Below, in pieces: positions 63,905-64,000 of a DNA stretch of 64,000 nucleotides. Every line of letters starts with the position of its first letter. Position 1 is the stretch's first letter. Origin of the DNA: an uncultured delta proteobacterium (GTDB taxonomy: Bacteria > Desulfobacterota > WTBG01 > CAIYCZ01). Under the pieces are notes generated by a model, which was not told the DNA's origin, did not search any database, and saw only the letters and a program-made list of their open reading frames with translations. A program made the translations under genes and the position numbers. The stretch lies in assembly GCA_963803975.1 (NCBI GenBank), contig CAWDOY010000047.1:1-64000 (forward strand), read 5' to 3'.

Positions 63905-64000
63905 ATGCTTGAAACCTATATCAAACAGTTCGAGCAGTATCTGCGGATTGAAAAAAATGCCTCTGAGCATACCTGCAGAAATTACCTGCTCGATGTGCGG
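63905..64000 (+). CDS. xerC: Tyrosine recombinase XerC-like, N-terminus only (runs off window)
   Basis: MLETYIKQFEQYLRIEKNASEHTCRNYLLDVR resembles the XerC/XerD SAM-like N-terminal domain. Confidence 0.7.
   Translation, partial: MLETYIKQFEQYLRIEKNASEHTCRNYLLDVR

Overview
A chromosomal window from an anaerobic deltaproteobacterium (Desulfobacterota-like, judged from the 16S sequence and gene content). From left to right it holds: (1) a TetR-associated cluster of three FAD-linked oxidoreductases, a CCG/Fe-S protein and a LolA-like/DUF1302/MMPL/YCF48-like envelope module; (2) housekeeping genes queC, yebC and yihY; (3) a ~9.8 kb accessory islet with three secreted phosphoesterases, a truncated group II intron, an inverted-repeat-bounded two-gene module and TA genes, flanked by two copies of the rRNA-operon terminator; (4) a complete minus-strand rRNA operon (16S, tRNA-Ile, tRNA-Ala, 23S, 5S); (5) zapB-zapA-[large 6S-position RNA]-rny-ymdB-tyrS; (6) a deacetylase, tat genes, a dnaJ paralogue and resB-ccsA plus a CbiX-like lipoprotein; (7) lipB-lipA-U32 pair-hrcA-grpE, interrupted by a four-helix-bundle gene and punctuated by short tandem-repeat arrays; (8) a fused 2-oxoacid:ferredoxin oxidoreductase; (9) a TetR-TolC-MFP-RND efflux islet bracketed by a duplication of that gene's 3' end and terminator; (10) the start of xerC. 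About a dozen genes, including tyrS and grpE, carry frameshifts that are probably long-read indel errors. All product calls come from recognising motifs by eye, not from database searches.
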